From IMG/VR virus record IMGVR_UViG_3300037257_000073: a stretch of 64,000 nt of DNA. One strand, written 5' to 3'. The stretch's first letter is position 1, and every line of letters begins with the position of its first letter. Both the position numbers and the translations under genes were made by a program. Shown one piece after another: positions 18,294-27,862 of the stretch. The notes beneath the pieces are model-generated. The model was not told the DNA's origin, searched no databases, and saw nothing but the letters and a program-made list of their open reading frames with translations. Source of the stretch: a virus (Duplodnaviria > Heunggongvirae > Uroviricota > Caudoviricetes).

Positions 18294-19265
18294 ATAAAAA
18301 ATCTCTTTATTCACTTTAAGCAGAGTGGAATAATTATATTGACTTAGGTCATAACGAAGGCTTTTCTGCGAACACTAACCATATCATAACTACATTTACC
18401 AAAACATTCAACCACTGCTATGGTTTATAACCTACGTACTCAACTTTCGTCCTTACCCCTTATTGGGTTGGGTGTCTCCCCCTGGTTACCGTTTTGCTTC
18501 AATTAAAGAGATTTTATTTGTTCAACTTAGAGTAGTCACGGCTACCTCTGATCTCTAAGTCTAATACTAACAGTGGCAAAATGTAGCTCGACCCTAGTTA
18601 GTTTTGTTAATTGGTATGGGCAATAACTTTATAAGTTAAGACTACAACCCCATCTTTGATGGTTTATTCTATCGTAGCTAATAATAAATAAACCTAGTTG
18701 TACTCCAAGCTGGACTTGAACCAGCGACCCTCGGTTTAGAAAACCGATGCTCTATCCACTGAGCTACTGGAGCATTTTAAAAATGAGTAACGGGAGGGAC
18801 AATTACACGCATGTTATCCACGGGACTACACCTACATCTTTTCGTTAGGGATATCTGGACTTAATTCCTCATTCTAAGTCAGCATTGGGTTCCCCTCTTA
18901 CCTGACTCACCGACCATTCTCGGATGTTACTCATTTAATTTTTAAAAATATTGATGTGCTATTACGCCAAAGGGATTTCAGTCCTTACCAGTTACGGGGT
19001 GACCTCCAACTTACCTTACCACATTAAATTCCAACTTGAATTGGTTTATCAACGTAGTCTCGTCCCACTCTTTAGATGATTGCTGCTTCCAAGCCAACAT
19101 TTCAATATTTTATATTTTAAAAAAGATATACTAATTGCGATTGTATATTATAGAAACATCATCGACGATAATAAATTACCATTCTAGATATAACATTCAC
19201 CAATACTTTAAATACGGAGGAATTCCAGAGTCACTTCCCTCATATACAATTAGAGCCCTCTGGAC
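18294..19265 (-). ncRNA. large ORF-free, GC-enriched structured region, candidate GOLLD/ROOL-like RNA, with tRNA-Arg embedded
   Basis: ~950 nt with no ORF over 60 aa on either strand in a densely coding genome; many local inverted repeats; embedded tRNA. Confidence 0.35.
18701..18773 (-). tRNA. tRNA-Arg(TCT)
   Basis: anticodon arm TCGGT-TTTCTAA-ACCGA. Confidence 0.65.
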
Positions 19266-19481
19266 CTAGACTGTTTCTTCTTTTAATTTTTTATTCCATT
19301 TTAAAAATCCTCTAATATTTAAAACTGTAAATGCTAAATACATTATAACTATTGAAATCATATTCCAGAATAATATTATTCCAAGAATACTTCCAATTGC
19401 TCCAAGTATGAAGCCAATTATTCTCTTATTACTTATCAAATAATAAGCGTATAAGTTTAAAATCATTAAAATCCAATCCAT
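19266..19481 (-). CDS. small membrane protein
   Basis: two TM segments. Confidence 0.35.
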   Translation of the reverse strand: MDWILMILNLYAYYLISNKRIIGFILGAIGSILGIILFWNMISIVIMYLAFTVLNIRGFLKWNKKLKEETV

Positions 19482-19684
19482 TATCTATTTGTTTAAGTTT
19501 TAAAAAGGGTTGGGTATATAGTAGAACTTTAATCAACTTATACGTTTATGAATTACACATAATTGCTATCTACCACCCTTTATTTTAACATCCCTCTCTG
19601 CCGCAATCAAGTTTCGGCTGTCTTGTGCTTTGTTTGAACCATTATCAATTGCCGATTTATGGTCACAGAGTTGAGGATATTTAG

Positions 19685-19757
19685 TTGCGAAGGAGGGAAT
19701 TGAACCCCCGACCTCAAGGTTATGAGCCTTGCGAGCTACCACTGCTACCACTTCGCG
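19685..19757 (-). tRNA. initiator-type tRNA-fMet(CAT)
   Basis: C1:A72 mismatch; loop CTCATAA; architecture close to E. coli tRNA-fMet (CGCGAAG..CTCATAACC..TTCAATT..CTTCGCA-A). Confidence 0.55.
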
Positions 19758-19767
19758 ATATATTTTG

Positions 19768-19840
19768 TATAGATGGTGAGACTCGAACTCACGACCCCTT
19801 GCTCCCAAAGCAAGAACGCTACCAACTGCGCCACATCTAT
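19768..19840 (-). tRNA. tRNA-Pro(TGG)
   Basis: perfect acceptor ATAGATG/CATCTAT; loop TTTGGGA. Confidence 0.65.
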
Positions 19841-19843
19841 ATT

Positions 19844-20062
19844 TTAATTATTGAATATTTCACAAATTAATTCTTCAGAAATCCATTCTTCAATTACATC
19901 TTTACTATCATTTTCAGTAATAAAAAATATTTCATGATCTTCTATAGCATCTTTTAAATATCTTGAAACTTTATTAAGATCTGATATGCTTGAAGACTTA
20001 AAAATAAGTCTTGGTGTTTCACGATTACTTATTCTAAGTAAATAATATTTTTTTTCTATCAT
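19844..20062 (-). CDS. hypothetical protein
   Basis: ORF. Confidence 0.35.
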   Translation of the reverse strand: MIEKKYYLLRISNRETPRLIFKSSSISDLNKVSRYLKDAIEDHEIFFITENDSKDVIEEWISEELICEIFNN

Positions 20063-20083
20063 AATTAATTTATCAATATTTTG

Positions 20084-20155
20084 TATTCGGACGGGGAATC
20101 GAACCCCGCTTGCTGGGATGAAAACCCAGATTACTAGCCGCTATAAGACCCGAAC
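20084..20155 (-). tRNA. tRNA-Glu(TTC)
   Basis: anticodon arm CTGGG-TTTTCAT-CCCAG. Confidence 0.6.
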
Positions 20156-20274
20156 ATATATTTTTTATTGGGACTACAAAAGTACAACAATAAGAACAAT
20201 AAAAACCCATAAATTATCAATTTATGATAAAATAATGATCTAACTGTTCTTATTGTTATATCTTTCAATAAATT

Positions 20275-20661
20275 TTACTTCACATCGATATCGTATATCT
20301 TATAAAGTAGTTGTGCATCTTGGTAAGTTAATGACATATAAATATCACCATTATTTAAAATAGTAATAGTCAGTTGTCCAACTTCTTTGTGGTGATTTAT
20401 AAATTTTCCACTAAATATAGTACTTTCATTAAACTTTTTTATTTCTAATTGGTTATAACTAATATACTGAATATCAGTAGAATAAATCGTAATCTTGTCT
20501 CTAACATTATCCCATACTAGAACAACATTAGATTTTTGCCATCCACCCCATTCTCCATTTAAAACTTTAGCATTAAATAATTCAGTTTTAAACCGTTTAA
20601 TTTCTGCTGAAGCTGAACATAGTGATATCAATAAGGCAATAATTACCAAGATTCTTTTCAT
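20275..20661 (-). CDS. secreted or lipoprotein, hypothetical
   Basis: signal peptide MKRILVIIALLISLCSA. Confidence 0.4.
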   Translation of the reverse strand: MKRILVIIALLISLCSASAEIKRFKTELFNAKVLNGEWGGWQKSNVVLVWDNVRDKITIYSTDIQYISYNQLEIKKFNESTIFSGKFINHHKEVGQLTITILNNGDIYMSLTYQDAQLLYKIYDIDVK

Positions 20662-20900
20662 TACTCAACTAATTTAGTAAGATTTTCGATAAATCGAGTG
20701 TTTTGAGCCTGAATAGATGAATGATCATCAATTTCTTTCAGAATAGCAGCGCGTTTGGCTTCTTTTTCATCAATACTTGCTTTTAATTCAGCGTCGAGTT
20801 TTTGAGCATCAGATAATGCTTTTGTAAAAGTTCCCATAATTTTAGCACGTTTAGCACCAAAATCAACTGACTTGAACAAGTTTGTAATAAATTTAAACAT
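20661..20900 (-). CDS. hypothetical protein
   Basis: ORF. Confidence 0.35.
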   Translation of the reverse strand: MFKFITNLFKSVDFGAKRAKIMGTFTKALSDAQKLDAELKASIDEKEAKRAAILKEIDDHSSIQAQNTRFIENLTKLVE

Positions 20901-20925
20901 TTTGTTAAATTTTTAAAAGTTAATA

Positions 20926-21264
20926 CTATTGAACGAAGTCATACTTAACTCCGAAACCTTCATCATATCGATTGACATGAGATTTAAATCTTTGATCTTT
21001 CGACATAGATTTCCATTGAGCAGGTTTCTCCCAATGTGGACAGTCCGGTTTGTTCCATTCATTTACCACTTCTTCAGAAATTCGCACTTTACGAACGCAT
21101 TCCGAAGGATAGCGATCAGAGTGTTTGATTTTTCTGGAAATGAAATTTGGATGTTTTGCTCCAACTTCTGAGACGTCAACAGTGACAATTTGATTGTCAA
21201 CATGTTTTTGAAAACCCATAAGGTTTCCTTTAAGATTAACGGTTAATAATACACCTAAACCCAT
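20926..21264 (-). CDS. hypothetical protein
   Basis: ORF. Confidence 0.4.
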   Translation of the reverse strand: MGLGVLLTVNLKGNLMGFQKHVDNQIVTVDVSEVGAKHPNFISRKIKHSDRYPSECVRKVRISEEVVNEWNKPDCPHWEKPAQWKSMSKDQRFKSHVNRYDEGFGVKYDFVQ

Positions 21265-21661
21265 TTTGTTTTCTCATGCCCTTGAGATATTTTAATTAGT
21301 GGCCAAATTACAGTTCTTAATACTGTCAAGCACATGTGTTTTCATCTAGAGCTACTATTGTTCACTCAAACACACAAAAGATCATTTTTCAGAATCTAGA
21401 AATTCATATGGTTCAGTATGATTATTAAATACTTCAATAATTTCAGCAATAATAACTTGATCAGAACCGGTCGCAATTATTTTATATTTGCGAAAGATTT
21501 TTAAAAGTTCTTCTTCCATATTTTATATATAAAGTCTTATTTCAAATTTACCAATCGCAAACTTATATCCAATACACTGTATATTCATCATTTTTTCAAA
21601 TCTGAACCATTTACCACCAATTAGATATTTTCTATTTACTATTCGAATTCGCATAAGATTA

Positions 21662-21904
21662 TTATGGTACAAATGGTTTAAACGTTACGCTTACACATTT
21701 ACCACTTTCCCAAACAGGAATCATTTCACTTAACTCTTCTTCTGAGTCTATGTAAACTACACGCATGTCGGTAATTTCCTCAGAATCATTTATTTCAGTT
21801 AAAACATTCTCTGCATCATTTGTTACAGACATGTTTCCTAAATTTAAGTCGACAATATTAATGATACCATCGGCGTTTGTGTATACGTAATCAGCTTTTA
21901 CCAT
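21662..21904 (-). CDS. hypothetical acidic protein
   Basis: ORF. Confidence 0.35.
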   Translation of the reverse strand: MVKADYVYTNADGIINIVDLNLGNMSVTNDAENVLTEINDSEEITDMRVVYIDSEEELSEMIPVWESGKCVSVTFKPFVP

Positions 21905-21917
21905 TTTATTTTATTTG

Positions 21918-22325
21918 TTAATGAATTGTTTGTAATATACTCACACAATCAGCAGCTTCTTTTAAACCAAAACGTGATATTTCTTTAAGAATCTTTACAG
22001 CTGCAAGTTTAGAACCAGCATCAAATTCTGTTATTATTCTATCAAGTTCTTTATTATCAACACTATAACCAAAATCAGTATTGACTTTTGTGATTTCTTT
22101 TCTTAATGCAGAACGTTTTGTAATACGTAAAGATAATACAGCATCAAGACCTGCGTCAACTTCAGGTTCTGTGTTATTAGCATTATTAGCTTCAGTTAAA
22201 TCCAATGGAATTCCTGCAGCCATACCTTTAAGTAATGTGATTAATGCGGAATTAAATCCAACATCCTTATCATTCTTAGGATTCGTAATCAACGCTCCTA
22301 TTATATATTTCTCAATATCAGTCAT
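21918..22325 (-). CDS. protein with a ribosomal bL12 (L7/L12) C-terminal domain-like region
   Basis: C-terminal ...TEFDAGSKLAAVKILKEISRFGLKEAADCV resembles the bL12 CTD (..[21 protein letters not shown]). Confidence 0.35.
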   Translation of the reverse strand: MTDIEKYIIGALITNPKNDKDVGFNSALITLLKGMAAGIPLDLTEANNANNTEPEVDAGLDAVLSLRITKRSALRKEITKVNTDFGYSVDNKELDRIITEFDAGSKLAAVKILKEISRFGLKEAADCVSILQTIH

Positions 22326-22329
22326 TATT

Positions 22330-22830
22330 CTATTCTTTAGGGAATTCTAGTTCTTGTTGAACTTTTTTTGGTGGAACTTTATAGTTCATTGGCATCATTG
22401 TTATAATACCATTTCTTACATACATCTCAGCACAACGATTATCATCATCAAATGCCATAAGAATGTCATACTCTTCTTGAAGCTTCTTTAAAGTAGCTTC
22501 TTTCGATAAATATGATTTAGTATAGTCTATACCTTGTTTCATGAATAATTTATATTCATCATCATACAGAAGTCCTCCGTCTTCTAGTTTTTCAATTAAC
22601 CATGCTTCGGTTTGAGGTCTTACTCGTTCAGGTCTCCCTGTAACAAGTAAAATCATATATCCTTGCATAGCTAGTGATTGCATTAGTTCACCAACACTTT
22701 TAATAAGCACGTCACCTGATAAATCACTCCAATCAAAAGGACTTCTGTTAGTATGATACAAAGTAGTAAGATCTAAATCAAAGATTACTGCTTTTTCTTT
22801 TTCCATAAGTTTTTTAAACTTGGTTTCCAT
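22330..22830 (-). CDS. HAD-superfamily phosphatase
   Basis: VIFDLDLTT ... LLVTGRPE ... AFDDDN. Confidence 0.5.
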   Translation of the reverse strand: METKFKKLMEKEKAVIFDLDLTTLYHTNRSPFDWSDLSGDVLIKSVGELMQSLAMQGYMILLVTGRPERVRPQTEAWLIEKLEDGGLLYDDEYKLFMKQGIDYTKSYLSKEATLKKLQEEYDILMAFDDDNRCAEMYVRNGIITMMPMNYKVPPKKVQQELEFPKE

Positions 22831-23012
22831 TTAAATATTTTTGATATTGTAATAATGTAATAAATACTAAAAATTACAACAATCCAACTCATGAAAGCCC
22901 AGGCAACTTCACATTTTTCATAATCATGATCACACAAATCATTAACAAATGATAACATGAATATTGATAATATTACTCCGATAAAATACCAGATTAAAAA
23001 TGTTATAAACAT
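22785..23012 (-). CDS. small membrane protein
   Basis: hydrophobic. Confidence 0.3.
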   Translation of the reverse strand: MFITFLIWYFIGVILSIFMLSFVNDLCDHDYEKCEVAWAFMSWIVVIFSIYYIITISKIFKWKPSLKNLWKKKKQ

Positions 23013-23061
23013 AATGTTAGTATAAAAATTACACTGGGAAATTAATCCCAGTGTAATTTAG

Positions 23062-24492
23062 TTATTTACTTGTTTTTAAATCGGCTTCAAGATAACTCTT
23101 AGCAATAGTGCGAATTTCTGTCCAATGTTGATCTCTCATTAATTTACCATTACGATAAACTATTTCAAGTTCATCAGCATATCCATTATTAATACCATAT
23201 TGTTCTTTAGAACTTTCGATAGTAATGAATTCTGATCCGGCTTTATGAAGTTTCAAAATACCAGCTTTTGAAGCTTTAGTCATATCTCCTTTAGGAGATT
23301 TACGAATATCTTTTGATTCTCCATCAATTACAGCGAAACAGCATTTTACTGCCCAACGATCTGTATCTCTGGTCAATCCTTCAACAAGCAAACCACCACC
23401 TGAACCAACCGCAAAGTTTTCACAAGACCAACCAGTTTTAATGTATTCTGAATAAATATCAACGATTGAATTTTCATTCATACCATCTCCTTGAATTAAG
23501 CCTACATTATGATTAATTACTCTGTAATCTACTTCATTTAAGTGATATCCAAAAATATTACCAAGCATTTCAGAATACTTAATCATATTTGTTAACGGAA
23601 CACCAGAATCCGGACGTAAAATAGTTCTACCTGGACGTGCGATAATACGTTGTTTGATTGCTTCTGAACCAATAACATTTTTAATGAAATTAGTATCATC
23701 ATAAGAATCAATAACAATTGATACCATAGCATCGTCACCAGCGCGATCAAATTGAGCATTGACATAATCAAATTCTCCCTGACCAGGACCAAATACAGTT
23801 GCTACTGAGTGTTCAGTTGCCCATACAGATTTTCCTACGGTTGCATCTCCGTAATAGTCTTCAATAAATTCCATTGCTGGAACATTATCAGAACCATCAG
23901 AAAAGATTAAAGCAGCAGAACCACCTAAACAAGCAGTTTCATGACCTTGAGCACCTCTTAATCCAAAATCATTAACTACATAATCCAACATAGCGTTGTT
24001 AGTAGAGATTTTGAATGATGGAGTAATACCTTTATGAATATTATACATACGAGTAGCAACGGCAACTGGATACCAATTCCACATTAACCAAGGTTCGAAG
24101 TGACTAACCATTGGTGCAAACCACTCTTCAGTAGCTTCAATTGTATAACAAACATTACCAGTTGGAACAACAGTTCCTTCTTTTACAGCTTTGATTTCTA
24201 AAGGATAATATCCTAAATCGCGAACTTTTTCCCAAATTTCTTGAGGGAAATAACCAGGGTTACCAAAAGTATTTAAACTTCTACGAGCACCACGTTCAAT
24301 ATCTTCATTAGTGACAACAGTCATAAAATATTCTTTTATGAAATATTGTATACCATAGAAAACAATATGAGAGTGTTGACCTCCTACACGAGGTTCTCCA
24401 TAAGACATAAGTCTTGTCAATCCCGAAGGACGTTGCGTCCAATGCACAAATTTATATGCATCAGTTGCGGTTGTTGGATGAAATTTTGGCAT
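23062..24492 (-). CDS. nadV: nicotinamide phosphoribosyltransferase (NadV/NAMPT)
   Basis: N-terminal FHPTTATDAYKFVHWTQ matches the NAMPT N-terminus (NILLATDSYKVTHYKQ); 476 aa. Confidence 0.8.
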   Translation of the reverse strand: MPKFHPTTATDAYKFVHWTQRPSGLTRLMSYGEPRVGGQHSHIVFYGIQYFIKEYFMTVVTNEDIERGARRSLNTFGNPGYFPQEIWEKVRDLGYYPLEIKAVKEGTVVPTGNVCYTIEATEEWFAPMVSHFEPWLMWNWYPVAVATRMYNIHKGITPSFKISTNNAMLDYVVNDFGLRGAQGHETACLGGSAALIFSDGSDNVPAMEFIEDYYGDATVGKSVWATEHSVATVFGPGQGEFDYVNAQFDRAGDDAMVSIVIDSYDDTNFIKNVIGSEAIKQRIIARPGRTILRPDSGVPLTNMIKYSEMLGNIFGYHLNEVDYRVINHNVGLIQGDGMNENSIVDIYSEYIKTGWSCENFAVGSGGGLLVEGLTRDTDRWAVKCCFAVIDGESKDIRKSPKGDMTKASKAGILKLHKAGSEFITIESSKEQYGINNGYADELEIVYRNGKLMRDQHWTEIRTIAKSYLEADLKTSK

Positions 24493-24939
24493 TTATTTAA
24501 ATTTATTTTTAAATTCTTCAATACTATTGTATAAAGGAATATTATATTTAGAACATACAATTTCTATATTACCTTTTCTCCAAAATCCTTCAGGACAAAT
24601 TACATGTAACTTTTTAGAAGTTGCATATAAACCTAATTCTAATAAACTAATTGGAGACATAGTTTTAGGATCAAAATACATAATAATTATATCAGAAAAA
24701 TCTAATGCGTGTAATTCCCAAGAAACTTGTTGAAAAAATTCAGGATTATCAAAAGATTGAACCCAAGAACTATCCCAATTATCTCTACGAGGATTAAATA
24801 TATTAAAATCTTTTTCAAAATATTTTGTCATAGTATCTTGCCAATTTTCAGCTTGACCCATTTCAATACTACCTGCTAAAAACATAGAAGGTTTATGTAT
24901 ATCTCGTTGATTTATATTATTTGGAGCTTTAATTACCAT
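24493..24939 (-). CDS. nucleoside 2-deoxyribosyltransferase-like protein
   Basis: SMFLAGSIEMG..W motif and size. Confidence 0.4.
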   Translation of the reverse strand: MVIKAPNNINQRDIHKPSMFLAGSIEMGQAENWQDTMTKYFEKDFNIFNPRRDNWDSSWVQSFDNPEFFQQVSWELHALDFSDIIIMYFDPKTMSPISLLELGLYATSKKLHVICPEGFWRKGNIEIVCSKYNIPLYNSIEEFKNKFK

Positions 24940-25067
24940 TGTTTAAATATGATCGTTAATGTTTTTAATGAATGTACCTAATACAATTATTACAACGATA
25001 CAAATACCTGTAAAAATTATACCTTCTTGTAAATTCATTGTAGTAATTGCGTTAAAGTACGTTTCCA

Positions 25068-25406
25068 TTATAGTTTTATTAATTTAATAAATTTTGAAGT
25101 GTCTTGTTTAATAACATCGTGTTGAAATCTTTCATAAAATTTAATATCAACTGCTTCAAATTCATGAACAAACCATCCAAATTTTTGAAGTTTAATAATA
25201 TCTGCTTTAGGAAACCATTGATATAAACCCTCTAATGATTCAGTAACTGATAACCAGCCTACTAATTTAGGATCAAAATCCATTTCAAGTTTTGAATTTA
25301 AACAAAAATTAAAATCATTATGAATTAATCCTGTAAAAATACCTTTATAATCATACCATAAACCTTGATGGGTATTTATGTTACATACTCTGTAGTATTT
25401 TTTCAT
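25068..25406 (-). CDS. hypothetical protein
   Basis: ORF; ATGA start/stop overlap with the upstream gene. Confidence 0.4.
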   Translation of the reverse strand: MKKYYRVCNINTHQGLWYDYKGIFTGLIHNDFNFCLNSKLEMDFDPKLVGWLSVTESLEGLYQWFPKADIIKLQKFGWFVHEFEAVDIKFYERFQHDVIKQDTSKFIKLIKL

Positions 25407-26302
25407 TTTTCAGTATTTTTTAATAAGTCAACTAATAACTTTTTATGTTCTCCAACCAAGATTTTGTCTAGCTCAGGACCGTATGGGAACCATTTTAAGG
25501 CAGCAATATCATCTTGAGGTTGTGGACTACCAAAAGTATATTTACATTTGTATAAATGCGTCATAATTTTAGCATCATGTGAATTCTTATATCGCCAATC
25601 TTCTACACGTTTTGAACAAACGAATTCAAAGTCAGCAAGTTCAAGACCTGTTTCTTCTCTACCTTCACGACGAGCAGCAGCTTCATCGGATTCATCAGTA
25701 ACATCAACAAATCCTCCAACAAAACACCATTCTTTTTCATCAGGTTTTTGACCTAATAGAATTTCACCTTTTTCATTAAAGATTGCAACATCAACTGTTG
25801 AAAATGAGCGGGGATATTGTGAAAAAACCGAATAAATTATACCAGCTCTGAAATCAGATGATGCTAATATACGTCCGGCAACTTTCTTTCTAATATCTGT
25901 TGCAGATATATAGACTTCTGGTTCAAGTACAGTTGTTTTCCAATTTCCAGTATAATATGGAATAAACGAATCTTTACCTCCATAAAGAGTAACTGTTCCA
26001 GATGGAAAAATATCTCTTACTTTAGTACGAATTTGAGTAGACCATACTTCATTGGATTTACAATCAGCAAGTGGTACAATTGAAGATATTCTATTTCTAA
26101 AATGTGCTTCGATCATAGCTTTACGGGTAATAAAATCCAATGGATTTCTTTGAGTACCCATTGCAGATGTAGTTCCTAAGAATAAAATTACCTTTTCGTG
26201 GTTTGCAAGAACATGTTCAATTAACTTGATATGTTCAGTATGCAATTCGTGTAGCTGAAATCTCCCGATAACAACTCCAATTTCTGTTTGAGTTTCGTTC
26301 AT
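25403..26302 (-). CDS. bifunctional NMN adenylyltransferase / Nudix hydrolase (NadM-Nudix, NatV-like)
   Basis: N-terminal GVVIGRFQ nucleotidyltransferase motif; Nudix box GGFVDVTDESDEAAARREGREETGLEL; ends on TGA. Confidence 0.75.
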   Translation of the reverse strand: MNETQTEIGVVIGRFQLHELHTEHIKLIEHVLANHEKVILFLGTTSAMGTQRNPLDFITRKAMIEAHFRNRISSIVPLADCKSNEVWSTQIRTKVRDIFPSGTVTLYGGKDSFIPYYTGNWKTTVLEPEVYISATDIRKKVAGRILASSDFRAGIIYSVFSQYPRSFSTVDVAIFNEKGEILLGQKPDEKEWCFVGGFVDVTDESDEAAARREGREETGLELADFEFVCSKRVEDWRYKNSHDAKIMTHLYKCKYTFGSPQPQDDIAALKWFPYGPELDKILVGEHKKLLVDLLKNTEK

Positions 26303-26670
26303 TATGGATTTAAAAATTGTTTTAGCAATTCATCATTTAATATTGTGTCTGAATTATTTGCATAAAATTCCGCAAAATCAAACATTTGTTGTTTAGTAAA
26401 TTTAGGAATATTAATAAAATATAATTCTTTAAATTGTTCAAAAGTAATTTCTTCTCCTCTAAGTTGATCAAATATACCTTGTACAATATCTGATCCAGAT
26501 CTCGCCTCAAGATTATTTACTACAATAGAAATATCATTACTATCTGAATGTTCTTTAATGTTAGTTGTGTGTGATCCTACCCATGAACAATTATTTTTAA
26601 ATATTATTTCTTGAACAAATTTAAATTGATCCCTAGTAAGATGATGTATTTTAAAATTTTCGATTATCAT
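26302..26670 (-). CDS. tandem paralog family B, member 1
   Basis: MIIENFKIHHL..FKFVQEIIF ... FKELY. Confidence 0.5.
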   Translation of the reverse strand: MIIENFKIHHLTRDQFKFVQEIIFKNNCSWVGSHTTNIKEHSDSNDISIVVNNLEARSGSDIVQGIFDQLRGEEITFEQFKELYFINIPKFTKQQMFDFAEFYANNSDTILNDELLKQFLNP

Positions 26671-27038
26671 AATTTTAAGAAGTCAGTTAATACATCATCT
26701 GGAGATGATGCGCCAACTATATTGTTAGTGTAATATTCAGCAAATGCAAGGATTTTCTCTCTAGATATACGTAAAGTATTAGCATATTTTTCTTTAAATT
26801 GATCATATGTTAATTCTTCTCCTTCAAGACCATCAAATGTACTTTGGGTAACTACTACACCGGATCTTAACATACCTTTAGATGTCATACATAAAGTAAT
26901 AGTATTACTAGGACTAAACATTCTTAAATCTTTATCTAAGCTGCTTCCCCATCCACCACCATCGCGAAATACCATATTTTGAACAATTTTAGATTGTTCA
27001 TTATCAAGATGATATATTTTAAAAGGTTTTATTTCCAT
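26667..27038 (-). CDS. tandem paralog family B, member 2
   Basis: MEIKPFKIYHL..SKIVQNMVF. Confidence 0.5.
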   Translation of the reverse strand: MEIKPFKIYHLDNEQSKIVQNMVFRDGGGWGSSLDKDLRMFSPSNTITLCMTSKGMLRSGVVVTQSTFDGLEGEELTYDQFKEKYANTLRISREKILAFAEYYTNNIVGASSPDDVLTDFLKL

Positions 27039-27411
27039 TTTTTGGTTTTATAAAGTTATCAAATAATTGTTCTATTGTTAATTCATCATTTAAATGATCC
27101 ATACAATATTTAGCAAAATCAATACAAGTTTGTCTACTTGTTTCACCTTTACCAAAATATCTAATTTTAAATTCTTCTAATGTTATTTCAGGATTATCAT
27201 GATTATGAAAATATCCTCCAATAGTTGCATCACCAGTTATAGTATTATTTAAATAATGATATAACCCTTTCCACGAACTACCTTGGCTATCAACAAGATT
27301 AACTTCTGATTTACCATTTCTCCATTTTGAACCATTTTGAAATAATAGTTTTTGAACAAATATGGACTCTTCTGGATTATTTACTCTTATTTTAAAATTC
27401 TCATTTATCAT
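27019..27411 (-). CDS. tandem paralog family B, member 3
   Basis: MINENFKIRV..SIFVQKLLF. Confidence 0.5.
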   Translation of the reverse strand: MINENFKIRVNNPEESIFVQKLLFQNGSKWRNGKSEVNLVDSQGSSWKGLYHYLNNTITGDATIGGYFHNHDNPEITLEEFKIRYFGKGETSRQTCIDFAKYCMDHLNDELTIEQLFDNFIKPKNGNKTF

Positions 27412-27862
27412 TTTTCAGATTTAATATATATTCATCATATAATTCTTCAAATGTTTTTTCATCATTTAAATGGTTCATACAATATTGTACAAACAAAACA
27501 TATTTATTTTTTTCTGAATGAATAGAGTCAGTTACATATTTACTACAAAAATCTGCAAATGATATTTCATTTTTATCATGTCTATTAAACGATGATGTAG
27601 AAGTTATATCAGTAAATCCTCCAATTTTTTTAGTTACAGAATTATATTCAAGTCCATTCCAATTTATATTTGGATTAGGTCCAAATAAAACTGTTTCTTG
27701 ACCTTCTCTCCATTTAGCTCCATTAGAAAACAAAGTTTCTTGAACTATTTTATGTTCTCTTTCATCTGCAATTTTAATTTTAAAACTTTCAATCATTTTT
27801 CCAATCTTTAAATAGTTCTTGTGGCGTTTTTTCATCATTAAGGTGATCCATGTAATATTCAA
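27401..27862 (-). CDS. tandem paralog family B, member 4
   Basis: ..IESFKIKI..HKIVQETLF. Confidence 0.5.
   Translation of the reverse strand: MNITWITLMMKKRHKNYLKIGKMIESFKIKIADEREHKIVQETLFSNGAKWREGQETVLFGPNPNINWNGLEYNSVTKKIGGFTDITSTSSFNRHDKNEISFADFCSKYVTDSIHSEKNKYVLFVQYCMNHLNDEKTFEELYDEYILNLKNDK

Noticed and set aside
18776-18948. Possible RNase P RNA (GGTAAGAG and AAGTCCAGA strings)
   Set aside because: The order and spacing of the motifs do not match RNase P P4 or the GGUAAGAGCGCACC region, and the element is only about 135 nt.
19566-19870. ORFs 19566-19808 (minus) and 19685-19870 (plus) in the six-frame track
   Set aside because: They lie entirely over tRNA-fMet and tRNA-Pro and have GC-rich tRNA-derived composition, so they are spurious.
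20196-20256. 12-bp inverted repeat ACAATAAGAACA/TGTTCTTATTGT downstream of 20275-20661
   Set aside because: The 37-nt loop and absence of a T-run make a terminator call weak, so it is left unannotated.
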